A stretch of DNA of 64,000 nt from Auanema rhodensis (lineage: Eukaryota; Animalia; Nematoda). A program made the position numbers and the translations under genes. Of the stretch, positions 55,401-64,000 are shown piece by piece (the first letter of the stretch is position 1; each line of letters begins with the position of its first letter). The notes below the pieces were generated by a model. It saw only the letters and a list, made by a program, of their open reading frames with translations, searched no databases and was not told the origin of the DNA. The DNA lies in assembly GCA_964057225.1 (NCBI GenBank), contig OZ059894.1, positions 13,640,001-13,704,000 on the forward strand, read 5' to 3'.

Positions 55401-57393
55401 GGAACGAAAAACAAAAAATCGTGGAGTGTTTGAATGTGGTTCACATAATCTTTATAAAAAAAAAGAAAACTTTATCTCGGCATTTTGTGGTTATGGAGTA
55501 TTGGCCTCACATGAAGGTGATTCTGCAAAATATGTCTTTGGATGAGAGGTTTTTAAGCTTTACTGAGACGTGTATATAAAAGAGATGCTCGTTTATTGGT
55601 TGGATTCATAAAGGAAGTGGATGGAGAGAGGAAAAAAGAGAAAAAGGATGAAAGAGTCAAAGGGAGAGTGGAGAATAGAGAAAGAGAGAGAGAACGAGAA
55701 AGAGAGAGACAACAGAAAATAACACTGAAGAGAAGACCATATTAAGATAGAGAATGAAGAGAAAAACGGAGTTATTAAGAAGATGGGTAGAAGAATTGCG
55801 ATCGTTGTTTTATCTCTCAAAGGTAATTGTGATTATTGAACGATAGACTAATATTTCCTATCGGTATATGTGTATGTATCAAAATGGGTTTGTTATCATA
55901 TGATCGGAACGGTGTGAGAGCGTAATTTAATGCTGGACGACAAGTCTCAAACGCTCGTCGTACAAGGGTATTCATTAGTGAAAATAAGATGTTTAAATAT
56001 ATTAACAATATTAATTAATATAATAATAATAATATATTATTCATTATTAATGTTTTTTTAAAGAAGAATCAAGCTATAAATTAGTTTAGTTTAACGTTAT
56101 CTATACCACATATTAAGAAAAAAAATAAAACTATTATGTTATAGATAAAAACTCATTTTCTTGCAAAAATTGTTTTATTCATCGGTTGAATTTAAAATTT
56201 TCAATGAATAATTGCAGAAAAACGGTTTTATTAATCGACAATAAGAGATTGAATATCTTTTAATAAATTATATTAAATTATTAAATATCATATAATACAG
56301 GATAACAATAGGGAAGAAATGATAAATTTTGGATCACAAAAAAGCTTTTATAGAAAAACAAGAAATTTGGATCTACATAGAGTTTCTCCTCATCAAGAAT
56401 ATCTTTTCTTTTTTTTTCTATCGTTCTCTCTCGTTCTCTCTTAGTCTCTTTATCTCTTTCTCTCTTATTTTCTTTCTCTCTTCCTTTCTTTATCTCTTTC
56501 TATTTTTGTCTCTATTTTCTTCCTATTTTTTTCCTCTTATTTTTAAAGCTTAACTGATGCTGAATAAATTGGGAAAAGGAAAGAAACTAAACAAAATGTT
56601 TATTTGATCTATTGTAAAATAATAGGAAATACAAGAGGAAATTCTGTCGAAAAATGGTGCAATTCGTATAATATAAGAATTTACGAAATATCTATCAAAA
56701 TAGAGCATTAGTACAAGTTAAGTTTTGGAATTTTTCACGTAATTTTACATGAGAAAATAGAAGAAGCGCATTATCGTAACATTATATATTCTATAATATT
56801 TTTTCCAAAAATAAGGAAACAACTACATTTGAAATATATAATCGTATTTTCTTAAGATTCATAGGAAATGTAAGTGGATTATTCTCATTATTGCTAAAAA
56901 ACTAATTTTATAAAGATTTATACGAGAGAAAAATATATTTAACAATACTCAAACATATTCTTATTTTTCATAGCATAACAAGTTGAGAAAACTCTCTTAA
57001 ATTTCTTAAAAGTAATCGATAATAGGGAACAATTTTTGGAACATAGTTTAGTTGGTAAAGAAAAAACCGAAAAACATCTGCCGTTTTAGTATATCTGATG
57101 CAATTGTAGAGATATTCATGTATGTTATTTGTATGTATATTATTTACATATGTATATATGTATATATATATATGTATATGTGTATATATATATATATTTA
57201 TATTTAGGTTGAAATACTCTTGATACTATTTATTATTGGTATAGGAAGCATTTTTTATGTAAAAATACAATTAAATCATCCTAAATATATTTATCGATCA
57301 CATATAATGAAAGATTTCAGATGAAAATTAACACAAAAATATTAAAATTATCAGACGTAGTCTATACAGAAACTCGACAACGTTTCCTTGTTC

Positions 57394-59227
57394 TTATGGG
57401 TTTTTCAACAGAACAATAGTTAGTTTTTCTTCAAAAGACATTTTATTTGATTGGTTGTTGCAATAATCTTTAATTTCTCTTTCACCACACCGAGTAGTGT
57501 TCTTAACAGCTGGGAAACAGCCTGAAAAAAACAATCAAAGGTTAAACTCAGTAGCAATTGCAACAGGAAAAACTTCAAAATAGTTGATCAGTGTTATTTT
57601 TTCAAAACTTGCAACATTTTTTGTTTTAGATGTATGCTATTACCTGAGTACAGAATGTTTTCCCAATCACGTCGGTCAACTGTTACGGGCACAGCGGCAG
57701 AGAAGCAAGTAGAGTTCAATTGAGCCTAAAAGTAACATTTACGATGTTTGAACTTAGGACAAGTATTTAAAATTAGATTTGCAACATTAGGCTACATCTA
57801 AGTTTAATTTTTGCTATCTCAAATTTAACTCACTACATTGGCCGCTTTCAGAAGTTCGTCTCGAGTTGGAGCTAATTTTCTCCATAACAACAAGCAGCAT
57901 TCAGGTAATGGCAAAGGTGGGTTTTTAGGACGAGAGAGGATAACAATGGGGGCACCCGCTGCAATATTATGGTGATTATCGGGATAATAACAAGTTTTCA
58001 ACAATTTTACGTTTTAAATGTGCTTTAAGATGATTGAAGAACTTAGCTAGATCTGATATCTCATGAGTTACTTCATTGATAATGATGAAGTCGAATTGAC
58101 CAACCTGCAGATAAACTTTTTGGTTGTAGTAATATTAATCAAATTTAATACAATATCTGAATGACAAGAATGTTAACAATCTCTTTTAATTCTCATCTTA
58201 TTTCTGCACACTTCTCAAAAAAAGGAAAAGAAGAAAAAAGAAAGAAAGAGAGGGCAAACTTCTGTTAGCTAGCAACACATCCATTTATCTCTCTTCTATC
58301 AGCTTCATGTAACAATCCCTCAACATAATTTCCTCATTCTTATCAATTTCTTTCGAAAAGATCATCAATGATCCCTTTTACATTGTATTCTTTGGGATAT
58401 TGGAGGAGTTCTTCTTTAGAAAGATATAAATCTCACGTTATCGATATCATCAAAGTTCTTGCGGAAGTCCACTTTCTTGAAATTTATATTACTTGGGAGA
58501 TCGAACGCAGGTTTTTCTCCACGAGCAGCAATTGTTAATCTAAAAAATGAGTTAATTAACTTAAAGTCGTCGACAACGATAGGAAGCACAAACTTGTTGC
58601 TTGTGTTGTTTTCAACAAGTGATAATGCAAAAACACAAGCTTCTTCTGACACATCAAGAATATCAAGATTATCATTCTTTCCGACCTAAAATCACATATT
58701 CTTGGTTTTTAAGAGTTTTTTACTAATCTATGTTCAGTAGCTAGTCAGATTTATAATCTCTAGATACGAATATAAAAAGTGTATATCAGATAACGCCTCA
58801 TTACAACTTTGTGAACAAGAACGGATCATCTAACTTGTTTTTTCAGTCATTTAAAAAAACTTAATATTTGATGTTATACCTTATCCATAATCCATTTCCA
58901 AATATCGGGGTGATGTTGCATTTCAAACTTCTTCATCACATCATACTGTTCTTTGCCAAACTTTACTTGCTATAAACAATTATCTTTAAAAAAATTCACA
59001 TTTAAGGCTTATTAGTTATAAATTCAAATAGCTTTCGCTTAAAAATTTAAGCACAAACAATAAATTGATTAATTTATTATTGTATTTAAAACTTGTTAAG
59101 TTATCATGGTTAAAAGGTAATCTAGGAAAAACTTGCTATTCCTCAGTTCATACTTTTTGAATTTCCAAAATATATTTTACAGATTCTAATCCGTTTCAAG
59201 AGAGTGAAGACAACAACTTACCACCAT
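57394..59227 (-). CDS. ~240-aa class I SAM-methyltransferase-like fold protein with degenerate motif I; 8 exons, first coding exon only ATG GTG
   Basis: All introns are GT-AG and in frame. Segments NLDILDVSEEAC, FKKVDF and GQFDFIIINEVTHEISDLAKFFNHLKAHLKPGAPIVIL resemble Methyltransf_11 motifs I, II and III. Ends IVLLKNP*. Confidence 0.75.
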
Positions 59228-60266
59228 TATTAGTTTTCAGCGAAGTTAAATGTTCAATTTAAGACAAGAATGTGATCACAAAGATTCACGATAGGATCAG
59301 AAGCCGCCGAGTGCTGGCAGCAGATAGAAGATGAGCGATCCGACTGAGATGAATTGGCCAGCCTCCAAGGCGCAACAGAGCTCAAAGCAAGAGGTGGGAT
59401 GAAAGGTTCAACACGTATTTCAAAACATTCTGATCGATGAAAGCTTCTGGAAAAACAAAAAAAATGCTGATCTCCCATCAGCAGAATTAAACATTATATA
59501 TTTTAATTATATAGAACTCGGACGAATTACCTCATTTCATATAAAATTTTCTCAATAGTCAATTTCAATATCAATCCATTCCTATCCTTATGTTTCCATA
59601 TTTCAATATTTTTAGTGACAAAATCATTAAAAGACACCTGATGTGACAAATGAGGAAACGAGAACGACAAATAAAACAACGTCATCGAAGTCACCCTTGT
59701 TCTTATATAAACTTGACTCCAACTCAAAACATATTTTCAGAAAATTAACTTCCACCGAGGATCATTCCTCCTGACAACTCACAAGATTAATTTCACTTTA
59801 AATTTAAAAATCACAAACATGAAAAAAGGTTGAAAAATGTTATTAAAACTCAACTTAAAAGTTTATATGCACACACAACAGTAGAACATGAGAGAAATGT
59901 TTTTTTCTGTTTTCAAACCTTACAATTTTAATCAAAATACAACAAAACCCACTCCTAAAACCCAATTTAGATATGTGACATATAAATTAATATTTATATA
60001 TACATCTTAAGATTAACCATGACTCAAAAAAAATGGCCTAGAGAGGGTTTCTTTATATAATAAGAAGTATCTCCAGATATAGAAGTAAAGCAAAAAAAAG
60101 TTAAATAACCGGCTACTTCTCAAATGCTAAAAGCAGGATATATCATACATTAAGTGCCCGTAGTTTTTGAAATGCGGGAATTTGGAGATGATTCTTTAAA
60201 GCCACAGTAAAAACTGAACGGCATCCGACTGTATTCGACTTTAACGAAATCTTAAATTATTTCACT

Positions 60267-62859
60267 TTATCTATCTTGCGAAGGTTCAACAGTTTCTTTC
60301 TTTTCCTTTGGCTTTCCATTTGGAGGTTTTGGTCCTCGTTTAGCGACTGAAAATGATTATTATTTCATATATATTTGGATTATTCTCTAACACAAAATCT
60401 TACATGGTCTATTAGATTTATCCTTCATTTTTGCTCGTTGTTGAGCTAATGTTACTTGTGGAATAACATTAACTACAGTTCCAACAGCTTTAGTACGTCC
60501 CTCACGGAACACCATTCTAGTTCCTGTAGAGTGAAATATATGATGTAACCAACATAAATATCTTTTAGCATCATACCTGGTCTTATATACTCAGGATACC
60601 GAATGAATTTGAACATAACCTTGTCTCTATCACCAGTTCTCAAAACCTCTTGCTAGAAGATTTGGTGTATTATAAACTTAGAAGAAAGAGTAATACCTTC
60701 CCCATACTCACTAAAGTTGCCGTTTGACGGATTGAACCAATATGGAGCATAGCCTGATAGTTAGGCTTGATAGTAGTTGGATGATGTAAGATAAGAACCT
60801 GAATAAAAAGTTGGGAGAAGTTATTATATTACAAAAGATACTTCAGCTTCGAAGGACATACTAGCCATAGGCTCTAACTTTGGATCTACCATTACCATTC
60901 CTTTACGAACTTCACGCTTAGTTATTTTTCTACAATGTTAATGAATATAATGCATTTTAAAAAAACAAATTAAAAACCTTAAAGCGAAGGAAGCAGTTTG
61001 TCCACATCGAACTGTGTTAACTGGCATTCGTTTACGATGAATCGACTTCACTGGTAATGGGATAAATTCTCCAATCTAAATTTGTGAGCTTTAATAAATA
61101 AAAGAAATTGCACAATACCGAATTAGGGCCTAAAAGCAAGGTATCATTAACACGGACAGTTCCAGCAAGCATGGTTCCGCTTACAACGGTTCCAACACCT
61201 TCAACCCAGTAAACATCATCGATCTGAAAGATAATCAAAGATTAGAAAGTTTATCCCAATGATTAATATACTTGAAAATGAGCAGGATCATTTTCATTTA
61301 ATGTTCGTCTTAGTGGGACAATATTCAAAAATTGTCGTAACAAATCCAGATTAGTACCGTCAACGTTTGAAACTTGGAATATAGGGCAAACTCTGAAGAT
61401 AAGATAATATTAATTTATTAAAAATATGTTTGAAACCTTTTGCTAGGAAAATTAACAGCTGCATGAATTACGTCATTTGTATTTCTAACCATTACAGGAA
61501 TTTTTCTAGCGCCCGCGCCTGAATCAACATATAAATGATTGAATATACAAGTTTTTTATAAACTTTTTACTAGTCTTCCTATATTCTTCATAGTTTCTTC
61601 CAAAATTTGAGGTGGGCACATGTCTATTTTAGTTACCTTAATATAATATTATCATGAATAATATTGAGAAATCATAAAGAAACTTTGAGGAAGTAGATAA
61701 ATGATGACAGAAACTTACCACGATGAAAACAGGAACAGACAAAGATAAAGCCAAGGATAAGTGTTCCTTTGTTGTTCCAATAATACCCATATTAGCTCCG
61801 ACCATAAGCATTGTATAATCAGGCATATGACCGGTCATTCCAAATATAGTAGTTTTCAAATATTTTTCATGGCCAGCCAAATCAATAAATGTTATAAGCT
61901 AAATATAGTAAAATTTAAAAATAAATACCGAAAAAATTTACCTTACTACTATCTCTACTAATTTGCACCCAATCAAGGTTATGATTATGAGGGTCAGGCT
62001 TATTAACAACCTGGAAAAACAAAAAATATTTTAATGAAATCAAATCAAAGCTAACCCCTCCGTGTACACCAAACCCTAAAATATCATTGCCAACAGAAGA
62101 AGTTCTGCCCGATTCAAATTCATGCTTATGTCTAAAACAAATTTATGACATAAACTGGGAAAACTCAAGTACCTAAAAAGTTTAGTTCTAGCTAAACCAC
62201 GACCATCATCAAGAGAACTATGCGTCAAAACACCCAAAAGCGTTGATTTACCAGCATCAACGTTTCCTACGACTGCTACACGTACCTATAAGTCATAATA
62301 TTGTATAGAAAATTGAGAAAATTATTACTTCAATAAAATCATCTTCTGAAGGAGGGTCTCTCAGAAGCCAAACTTCAGTAAACTTCTTTCCATTTTGTCG
62401 AGTTTCATATTTTGTGCCCACAGCAGGGACAGATTTAATAATTTCGTTATGCTGTTCTACAGCTTTTTCGAGATCTTTTTGATTTAAACCAGACCCTGTA
62501 CAACTGAATAAATAAGAAATATACTAGAAAATACCTACCTCTTCCTGTGCTTCCAATTGGAACACCAAGTTCTATCAAAGTTTCACCTTCTCCTTCGAGA
62601 AGCTGTTTTCTCAAATGAATAATATATTTTTCTACTTCTTCAGGCTTATTCCGAAGAAGGAATGATGAATCTAATCCACCTTCCTTCTGTTCCGAACTTT
62701 CGTCATCAGAATCTAGGGCAGCAAAAAATATGTACAAAGGAAAATAAGCTACAAACCATAAAGCCCAGCTAGACTTTCGACTGCTTTCTTAGACTTCTTG
62801 ATGTTTTCTTGTTCGATCACATCAGTTGAAGCGATATTAGAGTTTGATATTCGATCCAT
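60267..62859 (-). CDS. cgp-1: GTP-binding protein 1 (GTPBP1, eEF1A-like translational GTPase), multi-exon
   Basis: Motifs [65 protein letters not shown] and [11 protein letters not shown]. Confidence 0.92.
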
Positions 62860-63766
62860 AAGCTGTTATTTAATAGTAAAATAATCACAAAGACTACAAC
62901 TGCATCTGACGACAACAATCATATGAAAGAAAGGTAAAGTAGGGCGGGTCATAACAAATTTCGACATAGCCTGACTGAAACTATTGCGCAACATGACGGA
63001 TGAAAAAGGAAGAAGATTTTAAACTTTCGAAAGAATATTTTGAAAGCATGTAAAGATCACTAGGCAACTATGTCTAAGGGACGAGTTTCCAAATAAAAGA
63101 AAAAACATATCCAATCGATAATACCACACAGCAATTCAAAACTATTTTTAAACTGTGCCACCTTGATTGAGGTCACATAATCAATATAGAATGAGTAGTG
63201 CCGCCGAAAATTATTTTATTTTCCAAATATGCTATAGTTGGAAAGCAAATAAAGAGAATAAGCAAATTTTCAATATGACGTCAGTACGTGGTACTTTTTT
63301 TTTGAATTTGGGATAAAATTACTCGGTCACATACATTAGTAGAAATAATAATTATAATGGTGCATAATATAACTAATCTATTCAGCTTCTGACATTAGTT
63401 TCATCTAGTTGTGAGACGAAGCAACAATGACAATTTGTTTACGAAAAGCAGAGAAAACATCAAAAAGATGCGGATTCATTCGTTCGCCGTTCTTTTTCTC
63501 TCTTCTCTATTCATCGTAACTCTCCCTTTCCTCGCGTTTTCACTTTATCTTTTCTCATCGTCTATCTACCCACCCCCTCTTCAGCGAATCACTAACACTA
63601 ACTTTCGTCTACTACGCGTTCGTTTGATATCATGATAGCAAATATTTCTGGATTCAAATAATATGGAATAATGATATAATAATGTAATGCTTAGATATCA
63701 TCTAGCTTTATAAAACACAAATAGCTTTTACTGCAGATTTTCACGTGACAAAATGTATCGTACGCG

Positions 63767-63950
63767 ATGTTGCTTGACATCTTCCAACATTTAATAAACA
63801 GCGATGTTCCACCTCACCCAACCGGGCTGCATTCACCTGATATGGTCACTGCGTTACGGCTTCATTCTCACAACAATTGCCATTGTGGCGCGATCACCTC
63901 ATGTCTATCAGGCCGTTTGATAACAGGAGCTTCACGGATTGACCACGTGA
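63767..63950 (+). CDS. Possible first coding exon of a gene continuing beyond the right edge
   Basis: GC-richer island bounded by acceptor TTTACTGCAG (63736) and donor AA|GTAAGG (63951). Frame MLLDIFQHLINSDVPPHPTGLHSPDM... stays open to the donor. No homology recognised. Confidence 0.35.
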
Positions 63951-64000
63951 AGTAAGGCTGACTATATATAAACTGAAGACAGCCTAGGATATGACGTCCA

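Overview
Eukaryotic, very AT-rich, intron-dense genomic DNA from a nematode, most likely a clade V rhabditid. Evidence: close matches to C. elegans proteins, mostly 40-56 nt introns, TTTCAG/TTTTAG acceptors and operon-like spacing. The ORF track is mostly uninformative, so genes were assembled by hand across splice sites. Gene order: 5' part of an unidentified gene (-); rgef-1/RasGRP (-); ehbp-1 (-); RAP/LRPAP1 (+); a 65-aa C10orf143-like putative zinc-binding microprotein (+); a multi-MATH/BTB protein (-); SDA1/pro-3 (-) head-to-head with NOP53 (+); a ~12 kb gene-poor region; neuropeptide GPCR npr-5 (+); PP2A B56 subunit pptr-2 (-); a degenerate SAM-methyltransferase-fold gene (-); GTPBP1/cgp-1 (-); and a possible first exon of another gene at the right edge. 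I recognised no rRNA, tRNA, intact transposon or CRISPR array. Best leads: a RAP-microprotein operon, a divergent pair of 60S-biogenesis genes, frequent AAG/GAG acceptors plus one atypical GC donor, a hairpin-embedded cryptic exon in pptr-2, and layered uORF/RBFOX/alternative C-terminus control of npr-5. All orthology calls come from recalled sequences, not database searches.
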